Shown: positions 11,411 to 24,510, numbered from the whole stretch's first letter. The stretch: DNA of 62,556 nt, filler included, from Globobulimina sp. (GCA_003354225.1; 41 parts of 41 records of this genome joined end to end with filler, not necessarily neighbours in it), one strand, 5' to 3'. Notes: generated by a model not told the origin, from the letters alone. A program made the numbers and translations.

Positions 11411-12136
11411 TCAAATGTCTTTTGCATATATGTCTTGAAAAAAGTCTTTTAAGGATTCATATGCTAAAAATAATATGGCAGCATCAGGAATAACACGAAC
11501 TAATTTAGCACTTAGGCCATAATAAAATCTCCGAATACCACCATTTTTGTAGTTAACTGAAATACATTGCAAAACACCATCATATTCTTGCATTCCTCGA
11601 GCAGATTGAACTTGCAACATTCTTCTTAGTGTATCAGTTGGATATGTCACAAAAGCAGCGGATGCGCCGGCTGTTGCACCCGCGCACAATTTACCTATGG
11701 GATGCGGTTGCGATCCATATTTTGTTTCTATTGTTGGTAAATGTGGACGTATTACAGCATACACCCCAACGCGGATAGCTTCAAAAGGCAAAGTTCCACA
11801 TAGAGTGACAAAAAAGCCTCTGTATAAACCGCTAACTCCATCGCATCGAATTATATTTTTTGTGACACCCAAAATTGTATTGGTTCTCGAATCAAAAGTG
11901 CCAGATAAATGCGCTCGAATAACAGTCATTGGATATATTGTTGAAGTGGCAGCAGCTCCGGCAATTGCTCCAGATACAAAGGATGAGCGTATTGGAGTAT
12001 AGCGTTGTAAATAATCATTTAAGCCAAATAATATCGACTTATGTGGGAAAACACGAAAACAATTTACTAGATTACCTCTCCACAACCCGCGCATTCCACC
12101 GCCAGTAAAAACCTTACGGAAAAATATGATCCCAGA
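11411..12136 (-). CDS. Mitochondrial carrier (SLC25) protein, 5' partial
   Basis: GLWRGNLVNCFRVFP, YPTDTLRRMLQ, FYYGL repeats. Confidence 0.95.
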   Translation of the reverse strand, partial: SGIIFFRKVFTGGGMRGLWRGNLVNCFRVFPHKSILFGLNDYLQRYTPIRSSFVSGAIAGAAATSTIYPMTVIRAHLSGTFDSRTNTILGVTKNIIRCDGVSGLYRGFFVTLCGTLPFEAIRVGVYAVIRPHLPTIETKYGSQPHPIGKLCAGATAGASAAFVTYPTDTLRRMLQVQSARGMQEYDGVLQCISVNYKNGGIRRFYYGLSAKLVRVIPDAAILFLAYESLKDFFQDIYAKDI

Positions 12137-12682
12137 NNNNNNNNNNNNNNNNNNNNNNNNNNNNNNNNNNNNNNNNNNNNTTAATTAATTAANNNNNNNN
12201 NNNNNNNNNNNNNNNNNNNNNNNNNNNNNNNNNNNNAGCAAATCAGACGGGTCACCCAAGGAACATTATCTACACAGAGTTGATCAAATTATTTTATATA
12301 TATGATCTCAGGTCGAACTAGTATTTAAACTAATTTTCTTAGCAATTATACACTTATGGGAAACATATTTTGCTAATATATGGGAAACCAATTGTGATGC
12401 AAATACCATTAATTAATTTGCAACCACAATATGGACAAATAGAAACAATATACGGTCATATGACAACGCTATACTGTCAGATAGAAACAATATAATGTCA
12501 AATGGAAACAGTATTTGTAGACTTGCGAATATGTGCAGTATATTGTTCTGTTGTGCATACAACCTTGTTTTAGATTTATTGCATGGCTCTGGAAATTCTT
12601 GCCATATCAAAAATAAATCCGTTGTAGAATACATGACATTGTCGCACACACAAAATTTGTCAACAATCTCCGCAGTAACTGA

Positions 12683-13470
12683 ATGACGACAAAAAGCACA
12701 CATTTCCAACCCATCCCCATGATCAACATGGATGAAGACATAGATGGCGAACAACCTGATGAAGAAGAAAAACACAAACCAGTGAATGTTCATTTAGCAA
12801 AATTAGACGCCATGGCTGAGGAATATAACAAGCGATTAAGCAATGCAGAAAATCAACCCCCAAAGGAATCAAAAAATAATGACAGTATATTGTTACATGA
12901 ATTGCTCGACAAAGACCAACAGGTTCCACCAAAATTAATGTACCATCAAGATGAGAATGGAATGGATGATTCTGAGGATGATTGGGAATACCATCCTCGT
13001 TTAGGTGACTTAGAAAAACGCGAAATTACATTAAATATTAAAAATAACAAGAAAAACAAACGCGAGAAAAGAAAAGAAACATTATGGTTTGCTAAAGATA
13101 GCAACGGTTCCAAACGCAAAGTGTTCATATCAATAAAAATCAAACGTATCTCAGCCATCGATAACATCAAAGAAACCCTTCGTATGCGGTTCCATATGTA
13201 CTTAAATTGGATAATGACTGAAAACGAATATCGAAAATATAAGCAAAGTATTGGTGGCAAATATTATTACGAACCGCTCTGGAAACCAGATTTAGAGTTT
13301 ATGAATTCAGTGGAAACACATAATTCAGTTACAATATCCTATATTTTCCAACTTCCACGCAACAATTTCTCACTCTATACATGAACAGGAAACATTTGAA
13401 TATCCAGAATTTGGCAAATACAAAGTTGAAATGTTCAAAGATTTCTGGGTCGATGACGCGAATGAGAGGT
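12683..13470 (+). CDS. Pentameric ligand-gated ion channel-like extracellular domain, partial
   Basis: VFISIKIKRISAIDNIKETLRMRFHMYLNW and LWKPDLEFMN (WxP motif); probable intron 13328..13389. Confidence 0.65.
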
Positions 13471-13477
13471 GCCACGC

Positions 13478-13549
13478 ACATATGACTACATATTGCGCAC
13501 ATATGACTACATATGACGCGAATCATATGACTACATATTGCGCACATAC
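13478..13549. repeat. 21-24-bp tandem repeat (CATATGACTACATATTGCGCA), 3 copies
   Basis: Reads HMTTYCA x3; contains CATATG and TGCGCA palindromes. Confidence 0.85.
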
Positions 13550-13765
13550 AGTAGTGTTCCCGATAAGAGGTACGCATATTAGTACTAAAATATATATTTT
13601 ATCTAATCATATATTTACGAAATGGTGGAGCTGTCAAGGGCTAATATATATAATATATATAATATNNNNNNNNNNNNNNNNNNNNNNNNNNNNNNNNNNN
13701 NNNNNNNNNTTAATTAATTAANNNNNNNNNNNNNNNNNNNNNNNNNNNNNNNNNNNNNNNNNNNN

Positions 13766-14071
13766 AACCAAAGTTTATATAAAAAATTGGAAGCCGATAT
13801 TGCCTTGTGGCCTTTGTACAATGATAGCGGCAAAGAAGAAAGAGAATTGAGCTCAAAAATTCAAACTAATTTGGAGAAATATTGTGTTGCTTGTAATTTC
13901 AGCCAATTTTTTGACCTGCCGGAAGGATCAGAACTTCACAGTTGTCAAGATCCAAACCGCGAGGACTTTATTATCGCTTTGAAAGAGGCTAATGAAAATG
14001 AAGAACCTTCCGAAGAAGCAATCGAGAAAGCTTACAAGAAATTATTCCCAGATGGAAAAAACATTGCGTGA
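13766..14071 (+). CDS. Unknown ORF of Polinton-like element, overlapping the integrase start
   Basis: Intronless; overlaps integrase ATG at 14052. Confidence 0.55.
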   Translation, partial: NQSLYKKLEADIALWPLYNDSGKEERELSSKIQTNLEKYCVACNFSQFFDLPEGSELHSCQDPNREDFIIALKEANENEEPSEEAIEKAYKKLFPDGKNIA

Positions 14072-15017
14072 CATTTACTACGATCCTACTTCACCAGTAG
14101 GGTATTCGGGCAACAAAAGAAAATTTTATAAATATGTCAAGAAAATAATTCCCGGACTATCCAAAAGAAATGTGGACAAGTTTTTTTCGCATCAAAAAGG
14201 TTACACCAACAGAGCACCGGCTAAATACAAATTCAAAAGGAGGCAAGTTGTCGCTCGCGGTTATTTTTACCTAGCCCAAGCCGATTTGGCCAATATGTCC
14301 GGTCTAAAACGAGCCAACAGCGGTTATGCCTATATATTGCTGGTGGTGGGCGTGTTATCCAAAATGATCTGGACGCGGCCTTTGAAAAGAAAAACTGGGG
14401 AAGAAACAAGCAAAGCGATGAAAGACATATTTGATTCATTCCCAAAGGGCAAGATGTTTATGCGCTGTCAAACGGACGGGGGTACAGAATTTTTCAACGT
14501 TCACATGAAGAAACTTATGCAAGAAAATGGGGTAATACTATTTCGTACCGAACAATATGATGTCAAAAGTTCGGTGGCCGAAGTCAATATAAGAATATTA
14601 AAACATCGCCTATGGCGTTATATGGATTCCCAAGGGACAAAACGTTGGTTGGACATTTTGGATCCTATAACGCAAAGCCGGAACAATACAACATTTCCAG
14701 GACACGGGCTCAAACCTTCGGAAGTGGATGAATATAATGCCGGCGATTTGTTTCAAAAACTTTATCCCGAGTTATCCCGAGGAATGAGAAGATTTCCATT
14801 GAAACACAAGTACAAGATTGATCAAAAAGTAAAACTCAGTATATTGAGAAACCCATTAAGACACAGTTTCTATCAAACTTATACGGACGAAGTGTTTTCT
14901 GTACATTCATTATCGAACACGGATCCGGTAACATATCGGGTTAAAAACCTCTCTGGAGACATTATCAAAGGAAGCGTTTACGAAGATGAAATGCTACCCA
15001 TCTACAATGATGAATAA
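14052..15017 (+). mobile_element. Polinton/Maverick-type retroviral-like DDE integrase
   Basis: IYYDP..P.GYSG, QADL, QTDGGTEF, KSSVAE, PVTYRVKNLSGDIIKGSVYEDEM; D-D-E triad present. Confidence 0.92.
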
Positions 15018-15098
15018 TTTGATGGTTTTCATCATTTTCATCATTATATTCAATTTATAAACACAGAGAATGTAGTTTTCTTCATATCGATATTAATC

Positions 15099-15194
15099 AT
15101 GGCGTCGAGAAAGAAAAAGGCCACAAAACGTCCTTTGACCGTTTGCGCTTCTTGTCGAAAAACAATTCAAAAATTGATGAAGACCAAGAAAAGA
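15099..15194 (+). CDS. Basic CxxC ORF start downstream of integrase, truncated
   Basis: MASRKKKATKRPLTVCASCRKTIQK. Confidence 0.45.
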
Positions 15195-15294
15195 NNNNNN
15201 NNNNNNNNNNNNNNNNNNNNNNNNNNNNNNNNNNNNNNTTAATTAATTAANNNNNNNNNNNNNNNNNNNNNNNNNNNNNNNNNNNNNNNNNNNN

Positions 15295-16154
15295 ATCAAA
15301 ACATAATAAATATTGTTTAATTGATTATGCAACGTTTTTAAGATATATATTCAAATTATGTCCTCATTTAACTTCGTTTAAATGCAACGTTCGAACAGTG
15401 GCCGCTTTACGAAGAGCAATATATACGCAAGAAACCAGATAAAATGGAAATGGATGGGTTTGAATTAACGGATATTTCATTTAAATCATTGCAACATATT
15501 AATATATCATTATTTACAGCTAAGAATGCAACACATTTATTATCCAAATTAACATCGCATAAACAATTACAAACATTAAAAATAAATATATTAATTCCTG
15601 ATTTAGATACAAACGACAAAATAAATTATAGATATTATATGAAAGAGAGTATAAATGATTTTGTTGATGATATGTGCCAATTTTTACAAAATCGAAGCAA
15701 GAATTTATATTATTTTGCAATATCGTTTGGAAGTTATCAAGTAATGCATAAATGTTTGAGCAAAACATATTGGAATCCATATCATAAATATTTACAATTT
15801 ATATTAAAAATGATTGAAAATGGTAATGGTTTTGATGGCTGCTTAAAATTTGCGCTACCAAGTGGTCTGCCCATTGGATATAAGAACGATAACCCGATGG
15901 ACCGGATGGACCATTATAAATGGAATAAGATAAATATTGAAGGATCATTAAGAACTGCTCAGTTACTCTCTAAAATACAAACTATAATTCATCAAAATAA
16001 TGAGTTATTAAAAGATACAACATGTTATGGAAAGAAATTAGTGCTTGCGATGTGGCGATTACATTTGTATGGAGCACATAAAAAATTTCTCAGATTTTGG
16101 TTTAATAATAAAAACTTATACGATGAAGATTACTCAAAATTTGTCATGTATTGA
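15295..16154 (+). CDS. Hypothetical protein, 5' partial (possible LRR-like C-terminus)
   Basis: Long AT-rich ORF of more than 236 aa. Confidence 0.55.
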
Positions 16155-16840
16155 TATTTGACCATTTAAAGATTTAATTCTAATCACAAACAGACAGTAT
16201 TTTTAATTTTGATATCCAACACACCTTTAAATTGTCGGATTTATTCGTTGGACAACAATTAAGGTTTATTTTAAATTAAATACTATATACTCGCGTTTAC
16301 CTTAATCGTGCACACGGCGTTCGGAACAATGAAACAACTGCATTTATCGCAAAGGTTTTAGGTTTCATGTTTTTTATGTTTCGAGCAAAACAAGTTCATT
16401 CTGGCAGAAGAATGGACCAATGATTCAAGGTTTCAATTTTTGTAGGTCCGACAAAATCCGATTATGTTTCTTTCATTACTTCGAAAGAGGGTTCCGAGCG
16501 TATACATCTATAACGGATGCCCATGAAATTGACTTTTGTTGCTTTCAAACTTTTTTTTCGTTTGCTTAATCCCTTATGTACTTTAATATATAAATAATCA
16601 TAATTTTCGACTTGACAATCGGAGTTCTCAGCTCGAATTGTCAACTTTCAGTTAAATAATGTGGCTCGTAACGACTTATTTTATTATATTTGATATAGAA
16701 AATACCTTACTAACAATTTATATNNNNNNNNNNNNNNNNNNNNNNNNNNNNNNNNNNNNNNNNNNNNTTAATTAATTAANNNNNNNNNNNNNNNNNNNNN
16801 NNNNNNNNNNNNNNNNNNNNNNNAATATTAAATAACAAAA

Positions 16841-18024
16841 TTATCTATTTATATAATTATGTAAATTAACTTGAGCGAATTGTTCATTTTGCACATAAGA
16901 GGAAAAGTGATGTTCTACTCTTTCTATGGTGTCTTCATCGGAACGGACAATAAATCGCATAGCGAATCTGGGCGCCACTGAGTCAAAACAGTCGATCGGT
17001 TTTAGTAACTCCAGCTCATTGTTGTTGATATTAAATAATTCACAAAATTTGCGTTCCAAATGCTTGGTCAGTCCCAAGTGTCGCAACGAAGATAAGTTTG
17101 CTTCCGATACTTCAAAAAAACAATGCAACTGATTTTTGGAGAGATATTTGTCGTGCAACCAACGAGAGGATCTGCCATGACATACATACCAACAGCTGAG
17201 CAAAAACGAGAGTAATATGGGCACGAAGGAGGACAAAATTATAATATCCCAGGTTTTGATACAAAATAAATAAATAATTCGCAGCAAAAATAGCGGTAAT
17301 AACTGCGTCAAGATATTGAAGAATTTCTTACTTAAAATGAAGCTTATGTCGTATTTACTGATTTGCATTGAAAATAATGGTAAACCCAATAAGTTGGACT
17401 TGAACAATGGGACACTGATAAATGGGCCAAATGTGAGGAGAGATATGGAAAAAAAAGAGAAACTGTGTAATGTGGAACGGAACCAATGATGGATTCGTTT
17501 GTTGTTTTGGTTTAAAACATAGATCATACGGCAGCATAATATCTGTTTATTGTTATGTTGTTTGGTGTGGATTGTATAGAATTGATATGTAACAAATGGA
17601 TACGTACGAAATTTATGAGATAAGTGGTGGAGAGGCAGCTCAATGAAATGATTAAAAATATGGTGTATTGATTGTCGATATCGGTGATACTTAAACCATC
17701 TTGGTAATGATTGTAAAATATGAATGAAATGAATAAAATGTCGCAGATATATTCCCAAAAATAGATGATGAACACAAAAATGTACGAGTATCGAAAATTA
17801 TCTTCGCGTTTACAACATGTACAGAATGGGTTTAGCCACGCGTGAGAACAGCCGGATAATAATATGGTGAGTATGACGAATAGCAATATAGTGTAGGTGA
17901 AGAAAAATGTTACTTGGACTTCCGAGGAGTAGTTAATTTTGTGAAATTCGTAGACTTCATTCTCGTGTGATTGTCCTGTAAAATATTTGTAGACTCCATC
18001 TGTTTTCCATGTCAATGATGACAT
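16841..18024 (-). CDS. Multi-pass membrane protein, two exons
   Basis: GT-AG intron 17543..17607 joins ORFs 17524..18024 and 16841..17758 (YLINF/ILCCRMIYV); several TM helices. Confidence 0.75.
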
Positions 18025-18352
18025 GATCGAGGAAATTACTGTTTTTTTAGTACTTTTTTTTTAGAAACTTTCCAGAGACACAAATTATATACAAACAACA
18101 ACAAAAACAGTGATAAACAACACAAATTATATACAAATTAAAAAAATATTTTCAATCACGCGTATAATTAATTTCTTTTTATGTAATATTCAAATAAAGG
18201 GATTCCAGTTACCTTGGCTTTGGTCACCAATTTAGTGGATGTTGCAATTGTTNNNNNNNNNNNNNNNNNNNNNNNNNNNNNNNNNNNNNNNNNNNNTTAA
18301 TTAATTAANNNNNNNNNNNNNNNNNNNNNNNNNNNNNNNNNNNNNNNNNNNN

Positions 18353-19700
18353 GCGATCACGGTCGCGATCACGCGATCTATCCCGCTCTCGATGGTCATG
18401 ACGGGAGTGCTGATGAACGTGTCTATGATTTCTATCTCTGTCCCGGTCCCTGTCCCTGTCCCTATCGCGGTGTCGGTGTCTGTCCCTATCTTTATCTGAT
18501 ACCACCTTTTCCTTTTCAGAGTGATGGGGCCGCGGCGACACACTCATCGATTGGGAGGATGCAGGCGAGAAAGACCTCCCATGCGCTGGCAGCGGCGTTG
18601 GTGACCGTGAGATTGACATTGATTTTAGTTTTATATCGCTGTCTGGCACGGCCTTGCGGCTCACGACGGGAACAGTGGTGATCTGATTTATTTGCTGCGT
18701 TGGCTTGGTTTTGGCTGCGGGGCTGACTGCGGCTGCGGCATTGGAGGCATTTGTACCAAACATTGCTTTGATTTGCGGCATGTATTTGGAGGCAATGTCG
18801 CAAGTGATTGGTTTCTGTGCAATCACGCATCCTTTCATCTTTTCGAATGCATTTTGCATTTCTTGCTGAGAGTCAAAGATGGCAAATGCTGTAAATGCAG
18901 ACGAGTTGTTTGCTGCGACAGCAATCTGTTTCTGTGTCATTTTGAGGTGTTTAGAATGGTGCAGATGTGGCAATATTTGTGTATACTGAATCTGAACTAG
19001 TTTGTTTTACAGATTTGGTATACACAAATTTTAGACTGATTGGCCAGTTCACACACCTTCAAAAAGTCGAATTTAGTGACTGGATTTCCTGCATTTTGCT
19101 CAATGTAAAAGCGTAATTTATGCAAAGGAGCATCCGGCAAACTGCCTAATAACAAGCCGTGTTCCCATTTAATTTGAACAGCCGCGTTTGCAGCAACTGG
19201 CGCTATCTGTGTCTGCGTTGGCTGCTGTCTCTGTGCGGCGGCCCTGTTGCAACAAAATAAATTATAAACCAATCATGAAAAAAATAACAATTATTAACAA
19301 AACAAAGCAAAAAAAATAATACGTTTATTCACGTACATGATTTGTTGATAATGCTGCGTCATCGTAGTGAAACTCTGCGAGATAACCGGCGGATTTTGTA
19401 TATTGGCCGAATTCGTAGAAGATACAATCCGTGGCATACAAAACGCAAATCGTTGTTGCGGGAAATACGGCACAGCGGAGACAGTCCGCGCATTGCGTCC
19501 ATAAAAGGCACGAGCTCCGACCGCAGCGGCTTGGATCTGTGGTAAAAACGCGCCATTATTAGGCGGCACAGTCGAAATAACCGGCACCTGCCCCGGTGGC
19601 GGAGGTGGAGGAGGCGGTCTTTTCTGTGCTTGTTTAGGCGCCTTTTTTGGTGCATTATTAGGTGTAATAGTCACAGTTGATTTTGGTTAGGGTCGTTTTA
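18353..19700 (-). CDS. RRM-containing, Pro-rich and RS/RD-rich splicing-factor-like protein, multi-exon, partial
   Basis: LLLGSLP and AFAIFDSQQEMQNAFEKMKGCVI (RNP-like); RDRDRD tail. Confidence 0.7.
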
Positions 19701-20098
19701 TCAATTCCATGGTCTGTTTTTGTGAGAAATTATGCACAATCAACGGCTTGGCAGTGTGCACATGTTTCTTTACCGGCGATTNNNNNNNNNNNNNNNNNNN
19801 NNNNNNNNNNNNNNNNNNNNNNNNNTTAATTAATTAANNNNNNNNNNNNNNNNNNNNNNNNNNNNNNNNNNNNNNNNNNNNAGATTTTAAAAAATTCCTC
19901 AAATATATTTCATTGTTTTGCTGCTTTTGTTCTTCCTTTTTTTGAATTTCAGCAATGTTTCCAACTGTTGTCTGACTGGAATTGGACAAAAAACCGAACA
20001 AAAAAGCGTTCTTGTTTTACAATTTTATACACAAACTAAAAACTCTAAATATGAATGACTCTAAAACTAAACCCGTTTTATTTGTTACTCTAAAAAAC

Positions 20099-21043
20099 CT
20101 ATGACTTGAATAAATAATTATATTTTTTCAATAAAATATCATATTTTGAATCAAAATTGTTTTTATATTTGATTAAGATTATTTTTCGATGAATCGTTTC
20201 CCATCGATCACGTTTATAAATACCATAACATTTTAAATGAACATCAATACTTTGCTTGACATAATCAATGGCATCATCATACAACTTATTATTGACACAA
20301 ATATCTGCACAAATATTATACAAATGTGTTATCACTGATGGATATCCATTAAAATGTGTATTTAAAATATCCATTGCTCTCTTAATACTTTCTAAACTAT
20401 CTGTATTTGCAATACATTCTCGATATTCTCCAATTAAATCATCATATTTTGTACCAAATGCACACATTTCTTTGCATTTACATTTAAATCCATAGCTATT
20501 TTGTAATATTTCTTGCCTTTCGTGATATTTATGAAGTAAACGAGGAATATATCCAATTGTAATTTCATCATTTTTATTTATCGGAAATAAGGACTTTAAA
20601 ATGATGCAATTTGTTGGGTTTCCTTCATAATACATACAACAGTTTGGTAAACACGAATGGTTCACTCTGGAAAATGCTGCAAATAACGCAGATGTATGAT
20701 GTACACTGTCTGTAGTTCCAACACAGTTCGTTGAATATATCCCTTTCACATTATTCTCACATGTACAATTTGATAAATCTAAAATCAATGATTGTTGTGA
20801 TTTACTCAAATTATTTCTAAACTGATTATGCAATTCTTCAACAAGCGATGTTTCTATGTTTCTTGGTTCCATTAATAATGCCTCCTTTTCTATTAAGATC
20901 ACCGCAAACGGCTTAATTGTTTGCGCTGCGATCATTCCGTATCCTTTACCATAAATTTGCTGTACTTTAAATAATTTATTACTGGTATCACATGCATCAA
21001 TATCATTGTATAAATCAACAAACATCATCAGTTTATCCAACAT
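20099..21043 (-). CDS. SET domain (SMYD-like) lysine methyltransferase
   Basis: GKGYGMIA, FSRVNHSCLPN, EITIGY, YGFKCKCKEMC. Confidence 0.92.
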   Translation of the reverse strand: MLDKLMMFVDLYNDIDACDTSNKLFKVQQIYGKGYGMIAAQTIKPFAVILIEKEALLMEPRNIETSLVEELHNQFRNNLSKSQQSLILDLSNCTCENNVKGIYSTNCVGTTDSVHHTSALFAAFSRVNHSCLPNCCMYYEGNPTNCIILKSLFPINKNDEITIGYIPRLLHKYHERQEILQNSYGFKCKCKEMCAFGTKYDDLIGEYRECIANTDSLESIKRAMDILNTHFNGYPSVITHLYNICADICVNNKLYDDAIDYVKQSIDVHLKCYGIYKRDRWETIHRKIILIKYKNNFDSKYDILLKKYNYLFKS

Positions 21044-21096
21044 TTCCAGTAAACTAAACACGATCAAGTTGTTCGAAGACATTCTGTGTCAGAGCA

Positions 21097-21310
21097 TGGT
21101 TGCACGCTTTGTTAGCTTTGCTATAATTATTTTAGCTGTGCTGATCACTGTTTGTTACAAGATATATAGCAATTCAATAGTACTTGAACAGCGGCAGCCT
21201 GAGCATGAATTATTTCATCTAATTGGTTGGAAACAACATAATGAGAACGTCAATAAAATAGCATCATCTGACACCCTATTGGATGAATGTTTAAAAATGG
21301 CTGCTATGAT
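21097..21310 (+). CDS. Type II membrane protein N-terminus, partial
   Basis: MVARFVSFAIIILAVLITVCY signal anchor; divergent from the SET gene. Confidence 0.5.
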
Positions 21311-22939
21311 NNNNNNNNNNNNNNNNNNNNNNNNNNNNNNNNNNNNNNNNNNNNTTAATTAATTAANNNNNNNNNNNNNNNNNNNNNNNNNNNNNNNNNN
21401 NNNNNNNNNNTAAAGGTCAAAACAAAACAAAAACATGGAAAACGAGTTTATTGAGACTCAAACATCAGTGTTTACCTCTGTCCTCACAAGCTCGACCGCA
21501 TTGTGCTCACATCTCAGGTTTTCACTTCAGTCTTAGTCTCTTACTCAAAAGTCATCATGGCTGCATTGGTATGTTTGTATGTGTTATAAAATTATGAAAA
21601 CCGTTCCTGAAATATACTGTCCTGTACATGGCTCAATGTCACAAACATACTGTAGCTGAAGTATATTTCAGGAACTGTTTTCGTCATTTTATAACACATA
21701 CAAACATACCAATGCACCGGGGCCCATATATTGCACCCCCGGGTAGTGATCAGAGGGAATGTTGTATGAATGCGTGTAAGTCGGGGCAGAATCGGCACTG
21801 CTACTTTTGGGTCCAAGATCAATTAAGACATCATCTTCAGCTGAGGAGACGTGTAATGTGTGGGTGCAATCATCGTCAACACTGTATTGTTTAATGTGCA
21901 ATATTCTGCTCTCAGATAATAGGTTTCACCATCTTCTAAGGTGTAGAGCACGTGAAAATATCCTGTTACTATGCATACAACGTTTGTCATTTTTGCTGAT
22001 AACTTCAACATATACTGCTGCAACACATACAAAACCCATACTGCATTGTCATTGAACAGAACTCAATTGAATCTGTGCCATGCCGCAACTGTTTTTGGCA
22101 ACAGTTTTCAATGTACCTCGCAGTCATGGCTTTTTCTCATCATATTTCAAACTGTCGGAACAGTATACTGTATTCACAATAAATATTGAAGCATCGGAAT
22201 TGAAAGCAATGAACCAAAATGAACACTAGTGCAAATACAATCAAATAAATGGAATCCGGAACCTCTTATGCGTTGTTGATGCAACAAACCCAAATGCAGA
22301 AACATGAATATAATGGCCACATGTAGAACAGCAAATAAATCGAATACAAAGCGGATATTATCGGACGCAATTTTATTGATGAATAAGACATTAAGCAGTG
22401 TATGTATTTCAATGGGATGAGAGCACAGTTTTACGATAATAATACAAAGCGTCCAATCCTGTTTATTTTGGAGAATTTGTGTCTGAATTTATATAATGCA
22501 TAAGGACAGAGAGATTGAGTTTGATTAATGAAGAGACAAGGAATAGTTTGAACTTTGAAGATGAGTGGGGTAACATCAAAAGGCATTGGTCTGCTGTTGC
22601 ACAAATAATCAATAAAACGCCACAAAATGACAAAACAATACAAAAACCTGAATGCGGCTGACGCAATCAGAGTTATGTCATTTTACATGACATTCAAAAT
22701 GACATCCTTCTTGTGTATTTATTGCATTCTGAAAGAGTGTGAGCAAAAATGACAAAGGTGATACCGATAGTTACAGGAAAAGTTTTTGTGTCTGTATGTG
22801 TTTATTTGACTATTTCCGTTGTATTGTTCGTTTGTATAANNNNNNNNNNNNNNNNNNNNNNNNNNNNNNNNNNNNNNNNNNNNTTAATTAATTAANNNNN
22901 NNNNNNNNNNNNNNNNNNNNNNNNNNNNNNNNNNNNNNN

Positions 22940-24063
22940 CATCAATTGCTGCATTATATTTGGGTCTTGCAACACTTGTTGCAGTGCTTGCGGGTTTTGC
23001 TGTATTGCTGCTAATAACTGTCAATGTATTGAATTTTGCAAACTCAGTTTCAAACTGAAATTGCTTTTTTTAAAATGCAATTATTTTTCTTTTCAGTTTG
23101 AAACTGTTTTACTGTTTGGAAGTTAGTTTGAAACTGAAATTATTGCTGTTTGCGGCGAATAACGGTTGCAAATATTTATGCATTTTCACTTTTTTCAATT
23201 CAAATCAGTTTCCAGTTTCAAACTAGTTCCAATATTGCCAGTTTACTGCATTTTCATTTTCATTTAACATAACTTGTGGATTTTGCTGAGCTAATTGAGC
23301 GACCATAGCAGCCAACATTTGTGGGTTTTGCTGCACAATCTGTTGTATTCTCTGCTGTTGATTCAGCGCACCGCCGCCTCCTCCTCCTCCACCCCCTCCT
23401 TGTTGGGGCACTTGTGGTTGTTGCGCGGGCATAGCAGCCCCACCTCCACCTCCCTGCGGTGCCTGTGGCTGCACGACCTGTGGCCCGGCGCCTTGCGGTA
23501 CGCCCTGGAGCCAAACAAAAAACAATTGCGAATTTGCGTCAACATAAAAAATACATCATACATACATTAATTAAATATTCCACAGCACGATCGGGATTAT
23601 TATAGGCAGCTCTCAGTGCTCTCACACATTGCTCCCTGGGGAAGCCCATACCCATTAAATTGGCAATGACTTCGTCCAATTTTGCGCCGGTCACTAAGGC
23701 TGAGGCACTGTCTGTATTCTGTGCGCTGTCGGTGTTATCCGTGGCCGATGGCGGCGGATTGTCAGTGCCCGATGGTGGTTGGGATGGGGGATTAGACGGT
23801 GTGGGTTCGGATGGCTTTGGTTTGGGCGTTCTTTTCTTTATTTTGCGCACCATCACAACTAAAAAATCTCTCTCTTTGAAACCAGCGGATTCCGCGGTCT
23901 GGTCATCTTTTAAGATCTTGCCGTGATGGATTAGCTTTTGCGAGGCGGGCTCCCCCAAAGATAGGTCTTTATGGATTTTCTCCTTGATTTGTTCCACTGT
24001 GTCTTTTGGGTCGATTTCTAAATCATAGCGTTTGTTTTGAAGGGTCTTGATGGTAATGATCAT
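22940..24063 (-). CDS. RAD23: UV excision repair protein RAD23 (UBL-UBA-STI1/XPC-binding), three exons, 3' partial
   Basis: MIITIKTLQ UBL; LMGMGFPREQCVRALRAAYNNPDRAVEYL UBA; QQNPQML; introns 23505..23565 and 23018..23273. Confidence 0.95.
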
Positions 24064-24510
24064 GTTTTGATACTTGTGTGTGAATCGGATTTAATTTGTC
24101 ACCTTTTAATTGCGGTTTGTGTTTGTTTGGCGTTGTAACGACTACAACAGAAACAACCGATTCTTGGGTATTATGTGGGAATGAGAAAACAGTGTGCTCT
24201 GTCTGCTCTTTGAGTATAAAATAAAGTAAATTTTACAACATGTCAACCCCAATCAAACCCGATATTGAAATGCAAGTTGAAACACAAGAATTACAAAAAG
24301 AACAATCATGTGGTACTACATGGTGGTGTTATATTATATTTTTATGCTTTGGAATTGCTGTCTTATTTNNNNNNNNNNNNNNNNNNNNNNNNNNNNNNNN
24401 NNNNNNNNNNNNTTAATTAATTAANNNNNNNNNNNNNNNNNNNNNNNNNNNNNNNNNNNNNNNNNNNNAGACGAACGTATTGTTTAAAAAAAAAAAACTG
24501 TGTTAGTAAC

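Noticed and set aside
19680-19720. In-frame TAA (KRP*PKST), plus TGA at 61148, as evidence for an alternative genetic code
   Set aside because: Conserved genes here end normally at TAA or TGA (FARSB, SLC25, TLDc), and long ORFs have no internal stops; isolated C-to-T changes or errors are more likely.
21800-22190. Degenerate RT motif (FADN) and CTGAAGATG hammerhead-like core
   Set aside because: No other RT motifs or complete ribozyme core; too weak to call.
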